Below are positions 1 through 11,205 of a DNA stretch of 64,000 nt, piece by piece. The position numbers were made by a program, and so were the translations under genes. The stretch comes from Amoebidium appalachense (Eukaryota > Protista > Ichthyosporea), in the NCBI GenBank assembly GCA_963693365.1, contig CAVNZM010000009.1, positions 4,413,146 to 4,477,145 of the forward strand, read 5' to 3'. Each line of letters starts with the position of its first letter. Position 1 is the first letter of the stretch. The notes beneath the pieces are model-generated. The model saw nothing but the letters and a program-made list of their open reading frames with translations. It was not told the DNA's origin and did no database searches.

Positions 1-242
1 CCCCCCCCCCCCCCCCCCCCCCCCCCCCAAAAAAAAAGGTCTTGAACAATTTTATTGATCATCATCCAAGAGTCTACTGATGGGGTTTCTCTAAATCTGT
101 ATCAAAATAACCAGCAGGCATGTACATGTATCGCAAGTGAACTGTGCCGGAACACAACAAAAACACGGGTTCATTGCAATTGGGACATCGCGCCCAGGGA
201 GGATGGCAATAGTGCACTAAAATGTGCATGTTAGTAGGTGGT

Positions 243-346
<104 letters not shown>

Positions 347-564
347 GCGTGTCTGTGTGCATGTGTGTGTGTGCGCGCACGCGCACGCGGACACGTATGT
401 TGTGTGTGTGTGGGTGGGTGGGTGTGGGTGTGGGTGTGGGTGTCTGTGTGTGTGTGTGTGTGCGTGCGTGCGTGCTTGTGCGTGTGTGCGCGCACGCGCA
501 CGCGGACACGTATGTTGTGTGTGCGTGTGTGTGTGTGTGTGTGCGCGCGCACGCGGACACGTAT

Positions 565-642
<78 letters not shown>

Positions 643-661
643 AGTGTATGTGTGTACGCGC

Positions 662-734
<73 letters not shown>

Positions 735-914
735 TTGCTGGGGAGGGGATGGGGGGGTGGGGGGGTGGGGGGTGGGAAGGAGAAGACGGGGCGGGATAAA
801 ATGTATAATACGCCGGACATGTGCAATATGTCCCTCTGAAGATGATATGCAGGACCTGCCCTTCCTGCCTTCTACCGGTACCGCAGGGCTTATCCATTTC
901 TAATTATAAACGCT

Positions 915-968
915 GTCGCACACATCGATTCAGTCGCACACATCGATTCAGTCGCACACATCGATTCA
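915..968 (+). repeat. 3 x 18-bp perfect tandem repeat GTCGCACACATCGATTCA at LINE 5' end
   Basis: Read directly at 915-932, 933-950, 951-968. Confidence 0.9.
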
Positions 969-1073
969 AATGTCGCTCTTTATTATCTGCTAATAAATAG
1001 TATCCTTCGCGCATCCACCCCTAAACCAGGCCATCCGTGGCCCTAAGGGCCGGGGAACACCCCCATCCATGTC

Positions 1074-2258
1074 ATGGCACATGCCTATAATCGTTTCAGA
1101 ACCTCTTTCAAAGTTCCATCTACACCCATCACACATGTGCGACCATTAAAACGTCCAGCAGATACACCTACCACAGATGCACAACCAGAAAAACATCGCC
1201 TTAGACTAAGCGCAACACCTATTTACAATACACTACCCATTCAGAATAACACCACACCACTCCGTAGAAACACAATAACAACCATGCCGAAACTTTCGGT
1301 TGATACAGTACTGGCAGAACTTGCCCTCGTTAAGAAACAGCTAAATGAGCTGTTACCACTCAAGAACATGATAGAAAAACTCCAAACAGAAAATACCCAA
1401 CTCAAGCTCACCATTGATTCACTCACAGCCCAGCTAAACATTAGTGGATCGCAAAACCCCAAAACTCATGAGCAAACATCTCGCGACGGAGACATTTCCA
1501 CCCCAACACAAAACAACACAGGACCGGAAGCACAGCTCCCGGCAGAGTTCCTAGAATATGCGAACTCTCGTAAAACACCCGAGCTCCGCCAAATTGCCAA
1601 GGAAACATATGCCAGCATTCTTGCAGGCAACGAGTACCGCCGCAACTCCCCTCCCAAACCGCCGGCTAAGGGGAACACCCAAGCAAACGGTAACATCAAC
1701 ATCCCACCCAAATACGAGAGGGTGTATTTCAAAGTCAAGCACGGCAGACGCCCACACAGGGCCATGTGGTCCATCTTCAAGGCTCTCGGCTTCCGGTGCT
1801 CTCGCATCCTTTGTCTGTCCTTCATTGGATACGATGTGCTGGAAGTAGCAGTACGGGGCGACTATAACCGTGCGTTCATCCGTGACGCGACAAAGGGGTG
1901 TGGAAGCTTCTTCACCCACCTCCCAAGCTACGACCCATGCGCGCCGGAAAACATTCAGAAAGCAGACAAAGAACGTAAAGTGTCTGCTAAGAATGCGTGC
2001 GCCACACGTTGTCGTGTACGCATCAGCAAGGCAAAAGAGTTCCTCGCAAAGTTGGAAAACGATGCTACGAGCGTGATAGACACGGACACGAAGGAACCAA
2101 TGTTTTCTGGTGAGAAACTGCTCGAGCGCAAACGCCGATGCGAGATGGAAATCGAGCTCTTCTGCGAACTGTTCGCGCTGGCGGAAGGTCGTGCATACGA
2201 CCCCGTAAGCGACAAGTGGGAACCAACCCCACAGGTGTCGGACCAAACCGATGCCTAA
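1074..2258 (+). CDS. LINE ORF1 protein (coiled coil plus probable RNA-binding domain)
   Basis: 394-aa non-repetitive ORF directly upstream of ORF2; heptad coiled coil (VLAELALVKKQLNELLPLKNMIEKLQTENTQLKLTIDSL); stop overlaps the ORF2 ATG (ATGCCTAA). Confidence 0.8.
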   Translation: MAHAYNRFRTSFKVPSTPITHVRPLKRPADTPTTDAQPEKHRLRLSATPIYNTLPIQNNTTPLRRNTITTMPKLSVDTVLAELALVKKQLNELLPLKNMIEKLQTENTQLKLTIDSLTAQLNISGSQNPKTHEQTSRDGDISTPTQNNTGPEAQLPAEFLEYANSRKTPELRQIAKETYASILAGNEYRRNSPPKPPAKGNTQANGNINIPPKYERVYFKVKHGRRPHRAMWSIFKALGFRCSRILCLSFIGYDVLEVAVRGDYNRAFIRDATKGCGSFFTHLPSYDPCAPENIQKADKERKVSAKNACATRCRVRISKAKEFLAKLENDATSVIDTDTKEPMFSGEKLLERKRRCEMEIELFCELFALAEGRAYDPVSDKWEPTPQVSDQTDA

Positions 2259-5200
2259 TTTATCCTTCTTCTTCTGGAATGCTCGGACACTGGGCCCCCA
2301 AAAGGGCCTCCCCCCCGGGACACTCGACGATAAAATCAGCTACATACAACAACAGACAAACAACCACACGTTTACAGTGATTTGCGAAACACAGTTTAAA
2401 AACCACCACAAATTCAACTCTACATTGGTCGACACATCCACACACCCCGGTTACGCGAAAAACCGAGGCATTATTGTACTTGCCGCACCACACGTGAGAG
2501 TGAAGTGCAAACCGGTAGCAAAAACGGAATTCTCGGTTTCTATAGAGTTTCTTTCTAATGTTTTTACTTTTGTATATTACCCACCATCTATGTCGGTTGT
2601 CGAATTGACTCACGAGTTGTCACAGTTACCAATGTCCACTGTTATTTTAGGTGATTTTAACACGCGACTCCACCACACAGACACACTGCAAGTGAGTGTC
2701 GGGTACCCATCTAAGCCCCCGGAGCGTGCTATCCCTTTAGCAAGGTATGTCCAAAGTCACACTTTGCGGTTCCCTCAAATATCCCATGCCCACAACACCG
2801 ACTGGGGAGTGGCCTTTTGGCCATCAACCATGTCAAAACTCTCTCTCCCTCCTAACCTCTCTAGGTCATCTGACCACTCTCCTATCCTTTTCCTACCTAA
2901 GATCTCCCTTGATCTGCTCCCCCCTCCCCCTCCCACCTTTCGCCTCCGTCTATCCCAGCTTAAGTCACAGTGGGGTAGAGTTGATGTATGTGTATGCTAT
3001 GCTACGAAACACCCTATATATATGCGCCTATTAGAATCTGCACAAGCCAGGCCAGATTCACATCTCGTACTAGATACATGCACTAACTTTATTGTTGATG
3101 ATTTGATAGATCTCGGTGATTATGCTGGCGGTGGTAGGAAGGAATATCCCGATGCTCTCTTGTTACCAAACACCACTCCCGCTAGACTAGGTGAACCCCT
3201 GTCTCAAAAGGAAAGCTTGCGCCGGCTTGCTAGTATGAATCGATTTGGCCCCCCTGCTCGTATTATTGGTGATACCACTGGAGACCCCCTCATAGACTCT
3301 GATAAGTATTTCTCGGAACTGTTTAAAGATAGGACCCCCGCTCAGAAACCTATTGTGTGGCCTGTAGACCCATCTATCCCCATAGAATCGATCCTCCCCT
3401 TTTTCAGTCCCGATGCCATATGGTCTGTGATATCTAGTTATAGCTCTAGTAAGTCTTGTGGACCTGATGGACTCCCTGCTGGGTTTCTTAAAATCCTTGT
3501 TCCCTCCTACCCACAAAAGGAAAGTGATCGTGCTATTAAACCTGATCTTACTATCATGTTAAGCTCTCTCTTTTCTTGGTGTGTTAAATGTGGACATGTC
3601 CCGTCATCTTGGTTAGATACCTTAGTGATCCCCATAGTTAAGAAGGACTCTGAGGGCCCCATATCATCCTTTCGCCCCATTACACTAACCCAGGTTGTTC
3701 GTAGATTCTTTGAAGCTTGCTTACTTAGGTTATTTGCACATCACCCTAGGTTTCAATCTATTCTTCACATACACCCATGCCAATCCGCTTTTCGTAAAAA
3801 CAATTCATGTTATGTTCAAATAATGGCACTGCACGATTCTATGCAAGTTGGTGCACAATATGTTGGCTTTATTGATTGGAAAACTGCTTACGATTCTGTC
3901 TCCCCTGGTCTCCTATGGGAAAAGCTTGCTGCACGGGGTGTACCACACTGCATTGGTGTTCTGTTAGAAGCACTCTTGTCTCAAACCTATGGTAGAGCTG
4001 TGGTTAATGGGCATCTTTCATATGGTTTTGCTCGTACTAGAGGTCTCTTGCAGGGTTCATTGCTTAGCCCCTTTTTGTTTAACCTATTTATAGATGATTT
4101 GGCTGTCAAGATTTACGCCGAAAACGATGACCCTATTAATAACTTTCCGCCTGCACTTCTCTATGCTGATGATCTGTCCCTCCTTGCCCGTACCCCTAGA
4201 CGCCTGCAAAGATTGTTCGATGTAGTGTCAGAGTGGTGCAAGGCAAACCTTATGATCCTTAACATAGACAAATGTGGTGTTCTTGTACCTGATATAGCTA
4301 ACAATTTACACACATTTACATTATCATCTAAACCTGTACCTATAGTTCCAGAATACAAATATCTTGGTGTTCCGGTTGATTCTGTTGGTGTTATGTTTCC
4401 CCATATGGTCGAAAAGAGGGTAGAGTTGGCTCGTAAGCGGTTAGCTTTCTTCTCGGCTAATATTTTTAAAGACACACCCCTCCATCCTTCTATTAGACTT
4501 ACATTTATTCGCACTTTTGTCTTCCCGGCATGTGAATATGGTTTACCCCTTCTCGCCGCTTGGATCAAGAAAGAGAGAACTAGAGCGCTTAAACCCTTGG
4601 CAAATTTCCTTGAAGCAGAAGTTGCCTCCTTTCTATCTAACAACTGTTGTAAACCTGGGCCTGTAACGCTCTCGATATATGGTCTGGTCCCAATAGCTGC
4701 TAGAGTATCCTATCTCGCGCTGAAATTCAATAAGCACATAAGCCGCTTAAAGAAGTATTTGCCCTCCCACCCTCTCTTCTCTATCCGACCTGTCCCCTCC
4801 TCACCTCTCCCCTCTTTCCTCCCCTCTCTCTCCCCTTCTCCCCTGGGCACAAATACAAATAAACCCCGCAATAGTGTGTGTGTGACTTTGGACTGCCACT
4901 TACTTATTAAACATGTACACAATCACAAGATAATCACGCAATATAACAAATGGAAAAAGATACCACACGACACTAGACCCGATGAAAGCATACACCTTGA
5001 AAAACTAAGCCTTATGTCTCGTTTTATATATACTGACCGCCTCAACCATATTGCCAAATATGGCACTCGCAAGTGTATAACACCTAAATACATATTACCT
5101 TCCTGTAGAACTGGTCTTTCTCTAGCTGATGGTATTATTGATCAATTACCACGCTTTTACTGTACACGTGCTATACAGTGGAGATCTAATAAGTATAAGG

Positions 5201-5445
5201 TGGCATCATTTGCATGCCCAAACAACACACACACACACCAGTTTAACCGGTCATGTATCGCCAAATGTAGTTTGATAGACCACATAATACCGCAACACAC
5301 ACACGTCACATTCACAACAGACACCCAGAAAGATAGCCTACCTGTAAATTACAACATCCTTGATTTTATACTAAACACGCGTAACTACGACCTGTTTATT
5401 AGATGTATTGATTGGCTTGAGAAACACATCACTACAAAATTATAG
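2251..5445 (+). CDS. LINE ORF2: APE endonuclease + reverse transcriptase + C-terminal Cys/His region
   Basis: APE motifs WNARTLG, ICETQ, YYPP, LGDFN, SDHSPI; non-LTR RT motifs GPDG, FRPITL, QSAFR, DWKTAYDSV, GLLQGSLLSPFLFN, YADD, YKYLG; C-terminal CPNNTHTH..C...C. Confidence 0.96.
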   Translation: MPNLSFFFWNARTLGPQKGLPPGTLDDKISYIQQQTNNHTFTVICETQFKNHHKFNSTLVDTSTHPGYAKNRGIIVLAAPHVRVKCKPVAKTEFSVSIEFLSNVFTFVYYPPSMSVVELTHELSQLPMSTVILGDFNTRLHHTDTLQVSVGYPSKPPERAIPLARYVQSHTLRFPQISHAHNTDWGVAFWPSTMSKLSLPPNLSRSSDHSPILFLPKISLDLLPPPPPTFRLRLSQLKSQWGRVDVCVCYATKHPIYMRLLESAQARPDSHLVLDTCTNFIVDDLIDLGDYAGGGRKEYPDALLLPNTTPARLGEPLSQKESLRRLASMNRFGPPARIIGDTTGDPLIDSDKYFSELFKDRTPAQKPIVWPVDPSIPIESILPFFSPDAIWSVISSYSSSKSCGPDGLPAGFLKILVPSYPQKESDRAIKPDLTIMLSSLFSWCVKCGHVPSSWLDTLVIPIVKKDSEGPISSFRPITLTQVVRRFFEACLLRLFAHHPRFQSILHIHPCQSAFRKNNSCYVQIMALHDSMQVGAQYVGFIDWKTAYDSVSPGLLWEKLAARGVPHCIGVLLEALLSQTYGRAVVNGHLSYGFARTRGLLQGSLLSPFLFNLFIDDLAVKIYAENDDPINNFPPALLYADDLSLLARTPRRLQRLFDVVSEWCKANLMILNIDKCGVLVPDIANNLHTFTLSSKPVPIVPEYKYLGVPVDSVGVMFPHMVEKRVELARKRLAFFSANIFKDTPLHPSIRLTFIRTFVFPACEYGLPLLAAWIKKERTRALKPLANFLEAEVASFLSNNCCKPGPVTLSIYGLVPIAARVSYLALKFNKHISRLKKYLPSHPLFSIRPVPSSPLPSFLPSLSPSPLGTNTNKPRNSVCVTLDCHLLIKHVHNHKIITQYNKWKKIPHDTRPDESIHLEKLSLMSRFIYTDRLNHIAKYGTRKCITPKYILPSCRTGLSLADGIIDQLPRFYCTRAIQWRSNKYKVASFACPNNTHTHQFNRSCIAKCSLIDHIIPQHTHVTFTTDTQKDSLPVNYNILDFILNTRNYDLFIRCIDWLEKHITTKL

Positions 5446-5449
5446 CGCA

Positions 5450-5520
<71 letters not shown>

Positions 5521-5552
5521 CCAGCTGATACCGAGTGTCCCGAGGGGAGCCC

Positions 5553-5609
<57 letters not shown>

Positions 5610-7295
5610 GGGGAACCCCAACTAATTGATTTCTCCTTGTAGTCTTTATGGTGTCTCGCAGAGAAAGTAAACCCTGATATATAGTCACCACCCGACATCT
5701 ATGTACGTGATCATGATATACCGCTGAGGGGATATTCCGAGCAAACCCCCCCCCCCATAAATGAGACTGGTTCTCTTTGCCTCGAGTAAACAGCGTAAAC
5801 CCCCTAACATTATGCTGCGCATGCTAATCCATGTTAACTTATTTGTTCCCAGCCTGGCTCTAGCTAGATCTCTTCCCCCTATAATCGAATCACCCCCCTT
5901 CCCCCCTCTCCCCCTAACGCTTCCCTCCCTCCCCCCATACACACAGGCTGTACACCTTTAAAATTTGAAGAGAGGGGATGGGGGGGGGGAGGGGGGAGGG
6001 GGGGGGGGGGTATGTTAAGGACAAAGGGTTCATTTTGAAATTTCACTATGTAATTGATCAAATTTCATATGTAGGATTATCGGCCCCCACTGAGTATCGG
6101 GAGTTAGGGAGTATGGGGGATTACGATCTGCCGTTATGCACATGCATGGTTCATGGCCGCACTCAATTTGATTGGTGGGGATATAATGGACCAATAGTCT
6201 CATATACCATATATGGTATATGAGGAAATTTAGTTTTGAACTATTTGTCCTTAAGGGGTCACTTCTTATCAGGAGTCGCAGATAAATCTGCATGCCAGTG
6301 GGGGGTTAACGTTGCATAACGTAACAGGACTCCGGTGGACATCAGTCACACTAAGAAACCTTGCGTGTGTGTGTGCAGAAAAATTTGAATCTTAAAACTT
6401 ACTGGAGGTCCATAGGTTCGACAGGCAGCAGTGATGCAACAGAGAAAACTTCATTGGTGCATGTGGGTCTCTGCATGCGTAGACTTTGATGTATGCTTTT
6501 GAGTGTGAGTAAGTGGGTTGTGCATGTGAGTGAATGTGTGTGTGTGTGTTTTTGTTGCAACTAACTCTCTCATTCCCACCCCCACTCTCCCTCCCTCCCT
6601 CCCTCTCTCTCCCTCCCTCTCTCTCCCTCGCTTCCTCTCCCCCTCTCTCTCGACCCTCCTCCACCGCCACCTCCCCTGTTTTTTTTACAGATACCGTCCA
6701 GCATTAAGAATACCCGCAAATCACGGCGAATACACTAGCGGCCAAGTAGGGGTTTTTAAAGAATATGCAGGGCAGCCAGATTTTGGGGTATTCTTAATGG
6801 CGGATCGTCAGGTTGCACTGTGTGTGGAGGAGGACTCGTTTCCAGTGCATGGTAGGGTGGATGAAGGGGGAGGTGTTGGCCCCCCCCTTCCCATCCTCTC
6901 CTCCCCATCCCCCCCCCCCCCCCCCCCCCCCGCCAAAAAAAAAGAAAAAAAAAAAAAAAAAAAACAACAACAACAACAACAACAAAAAAAATAAAAATAT
7001 GGCTTCTTAGACTAAACCATCGATCATTATCCAAAGGCCTTTTATTGGTATCTCTCCACATCTTTATCGAAATAACCTGCTGACATGTAAGTGTATCGCA
7101 AGTGACTCAGCGGAGAACACACAAAAAAAAAGAAAACGGGTCCGCGATCCGATGCCGTTTGGACATTGTGCCCAGGGAGGATTACAGTAGTACACTATAA
7201 TGTGCATGTAGGTGGTTCTGTATGTGTGCATGTGTGCATGTGTGTGCATGTGAGCGTGCCTGCCTGTGTGCCTGCGTGCCTGCGTGTGCGCGCGC

Positions 7296-7368
<73 letters not shown>

Positions 7369-7392
7369 CGCGCGCGCACGGTGTGTGTGGAT

Positions 7393-7424
<32 letters not shown>

Positions 7425-7506
7425 TAAATTCAAAATAGGCCGGGCATTTGCAACATGTCCTTCTCAACTGCTGTAGATATTATGCAGTCCGTGCCCCCTT
7501 CCCACC

Positions 7507-7632
7507 TTTTACGTCCCTACCCGCTTCTATAATATTACTTGTAATAATATGCTACTTAGCCATGTTAGTTTTTACGTCCCTACCTGTTTTTAGTAACATT
7601 ACCAGTAATAGTATGCTACTTAGCCATGTTGG
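7507..7632 (+). repeat. Two-copy ~63-bp tandem repeat
   Basis: TTTTACGTCCCTACC...ATGCTACTTAGCCATGTT occurs twice in tandem. Confidence 0.7.
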
Positions 7633-7823
7633 TTCCCAGGACTCTAGATCTCTCCCCTCTGTAACGAACAAATCCCTAACCCACCCACCCAAAAACACAC
7701 ACACGCACACACACACATACACATACCCACACACGCCCACACACAAATATATGACATTTTACACGTTTTTGGAACGAGGGGGATGCAGGGAAGGGTGGGG
7801 TGGCAAGGGGTGGGGTGGGGGGG

Positions 7824-7865
<42 letters not shown>

Positions 7866-8513
7866 TATCTCAAGGGTTGAATTTGCAGAAGTCGCAGATA
7901 GGCCTGCATGCCAGTACATAACCCGGGGGTTACCATTAACACATACCGTAACATGACTCCAATAAACATCAGTGTTACACTAAAAAGTGTAGAAAAACTT
8001 ACTGGAGGCCACACTGCTCCGTAAGCCCGGCAAGCCGCAGTGATGCAACAGAGAGAACTTCCTTAGTGCCTGTTAGCTCTCAGCACTGTGTGCATGTGTG
8101 TACTGAGCTGTGTGTTTGAGTGAGTGATTGAGTGTGCATGTGAGTGAGTAAAAATAAATAAATAAATAAAAAACTAGTGAATGTGTGCGTTTGTGTGTGT
8201 ATTTCTGCAATATGAGTGGGCGACCACCGCTGATGTTGTGGACAAACTTTACTGCCGCCACATCCGAGGCGCAGGCCTTTTTTTTTTTTTTTTTTTTTGG
8301 GTGGGGGGGGGGGGGGGGGGGGGGGGGGGGATTTTCTGCTTCATAATTAAAACGATCAAGTAGGGAACCAGGCTGGTTGAGTGCGCACCATGGCTCAGGA
8401 AAAAGTATAATACTGATTTTTTTTTCATTCTCAGGCCTTGACTCTATACCATCTCTCTTTTTTTGCTTCGTGACCACCAGCGCACACACGAGCACACGTG
8501 TTTGGGTGGGGCC

Positions 8514-8544
<31 letters not shown>

Positions 8545-9089
8545 AGGGGGGGGGGGGGGGACCACCATCAACACCACCACGGCCTCCAGAATCAAAGGAA
8601 CTTTATGTGCTGAAGGAAGCACAATACGAGATAGTTTTGACAATATTTTAGACTGCACACCAGCACATGCGTACCATTGAATATAAGCATTCTTTCAATG
8701 GTGGATGGCAGGTGGGTGGGTTGATTGAGGGGGGGGGGGGGGGGGGGGAGGGGGGGGGGAGGGAGAGAGGGGGGGGGGGGGGGAGGGGGGGGGGAGGGGG
8801 GAGGGGGGACGGGAGGAAGGGGGAGGAGGAGGGGAGGCAGGGGTGTAGAAGATTGACTCCAACTGAGCGAGCACGGGTCGACGTCAATCTGGGGGGGGGG
8901 GGATGACATCATAATGCACAATGTGTGTGGAAGCGGGAAAGGGAGACGGAGACCTCGGGCTGGCATGCAGCAAGCAGGCAGACGGATGTGGACTGGGCGC
9001 AAACACACAGTCACCCACTCCCTCTCTCAGACTCACAGAGCCTCACTCTCTCTCTCATTTTGTGTGTGTGTGTGTGTCTGTGTGTGTAT

Positions 9090-9120
<31 letters not shown>

Positions 9121-9124
9121 TGAC

Positions 9125-9161
<37 letters not shown>

Positions 9162-9511
9162 GTGGGTGGGTGGGTGGGTGGGTGGGTGGGTGGGTGGGTG
9201 AGTGGGTTTGTGTTTGTGTGTGTGTGTGTGTGTGACCCTGGTGAACATGTGTGCGCGCACACGGATACACGTGGGCGAGGGTCCTGGGATCGAACCTAAA
9301 CAAATGGGGGTAGTGTGGCTGGGGTGTTTTTTTTTGTGTTTTGGGGGTGGGGGGGGAGGGGGGACTCGGCTACTATATTAATTCGGGCGTGGTGTCCAAC
9401 AGTGTGACTTAGGCACGAACCCTAACGACTGTATCCGGATTCCCCTCCCCACCCTCCCCCTCCCCCGTTCCTCTCCGCCTGTTTTTTCTCCACCAACTTC
9501 CACTTTCTTCG

Positions 9512-9575
<64 letters not shown>

Positions 9576-10425
9576 GAGAGAATGGATGGAGGCCGGGAGA
9601 GATGGAGGGAGGGAAGGAGGGAGAGAGGGGACGGGGGGGGGGGGGGGGGGGGGGGGAAGGAGGGAGTAGAGGAGAGAGTCACACAGTGCGAGTGTGTGTG
9701 TGAGTCGTGACGTATTTGATGCACTATTAGGGACGACCTCTCTGGATGTGGACAAAATGGTCTGCCACCACATCCATTGTAGGTGCAGCATCGATGAGCT
9801 GTGGTTGGGTGCACCAGCAAGGGCACAATCCATCAAGTTGGGTGCAAGAAGTCCTGGAAGGTCGCCCAACAGGCCCTGCTCAAAGCAGTGCTTCAAGTAG
9901 GCTTTGATCTGGTGGCTTGGGATTGTGGGACGCAATAACCGAACTTCTAGAAAACTTATTTCAGTTTGCTGTCGCTAAGTTGTAGCCTTCATGATCCGTG
10001 CGTCTCGTTTCTATATATCAAAATAAACTGATTGCCAGTTTAACTAGATAGGCCCTCTGGTACTGTCACCGTGGTGTAAAGCCAACGTGTGCATCAAGAC
10101 TTCAGTTCAGTTACTGAGGCTTTATGATAACACTTCCGTGGCTATTACGTGTACTTTCGGTTTTTTGCAAAGAAGTGTGTGTAGGTGGGTGGCTGGGATA
10201 TCGCTGCTGCTGGTGGTGATGGTGGTGGATGGCATAGATCTACAGAGATGGGTATCTTTCAGTACTGTGTGTATGTATCGAGGCCACAAAATACAGTCAT
10301 TTGAATCCAAAGTGTATACTTTCACCGTGACACACCGACCACAACAGATGAAGACCAATTATAAAACCGGGCTTACTGGTATATCCCCCCTCCCCCCAAC
10401 CCACTCCCCCCAACTTCCCCCCCCC

Positions 10426-10456
<31 letters not shown>

Positions 10457-10535
10457 ACGTGTTTACCCCAAACAAATGCATAGACATGACACACAGACAT
10501 ACACGCAGACCGTGACTGTGTCACAACAAAACTAC

Positions 10536-10583
<48 letters not shown>

Positions 10584-10717
10584 AAAAAAAAAAAAAAACC
10601 CACCCTACACAACCAGCATCACCACGAGGAGCTCTAGAGATCATTATTACCAGGTTTAAAAACCCAACTGAGAAAGATATAGACGTTACATACCGTTGCA
10701 TGTATGAAAGAGGTGGG

Positions 10718-10963
10718 TGTCGTGTCCGGCTCGCGGTCGCTCTTTTGGGAGCTTGGCTTACTGTTACTATGTGGCGGGCTGGTGTACGTCATTGAAAGGC
10801 GCAACCATTTATTGTGCCAGATCACCATTACCGGCAATCATTCCCCAGATGAACTGACCTACCGAATTGCTTTTATACCAAAGCAATTTCGTAGCCGTGA
10901 TTGTGGGACAGGAATGCCGTCCAGCCTCACCAATCAAAAACCAGATCGGTGAGCCACATAACA
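10718..10963 (+). repeat. 5' LTR (246 bp)
   Basis: Starts TGTCGTGT, ends ACATAACA; four full copies in the window; internal hairpin AATTGCTTT-TATACC-AAAGCAATT around a TATA-like motif. Confidence 0.95.
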
Positions 10964-11205
10964 ATCCCCTCCCGCAAAGGACAAGCTAGAGTCTCCTGAC
11001 TCGACTCCATGGGCACGAAAGACCCAGCGGGGGTGTAGCTTGTCGTGTCCGGCTCGCGGTCGCTCTTTTGGTTCAGAGTGAACCCCGTTTACACTCATAC
11101 ACATACATTTTACACTGAAGTGTCCGTGAGGATACTTTACAAGCTACACCAATCCAATTGCTATATTGCAAAACTTCCGTCTCGGCTGTTGCTTTCGCCC
11201 CCAAC

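Larger units (their letters stand above)
913..5608 (+). mobile_element. Apparently full-length non-LTR retrotransposon (APE-endonuclease LINE, L1-like architecture)
   Basis: Two overlapping intact ORFs (1074-2258, 2251-5445), 5' tandem 18-bp repeats, (CA)n after the stop, poly(A) 5557-5608. Boundaries tentative: possible short TSD AAACG (908-912 versus end of poly(A)+CG). Confidence 0.88.

Noticed and set aside
915-968. CRISPR-like array
   Set aside because: Repeats are contiguous with no spacers; eukaryotic context; no cas genes.
1051-1058. CGGGGAAC as LINE TSD (also 5609-5616)
   Set aside because: Would leave only ~15 nt before ORF1 and exclude the 18-mers; cannot be distinguished from chance without other copies.
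10704-10952. Repeated 76-93 aa ORF (also 14595, 14918, 15319) as a multicopy gene
   Set aside because: Incidental reading frame within the LTR.
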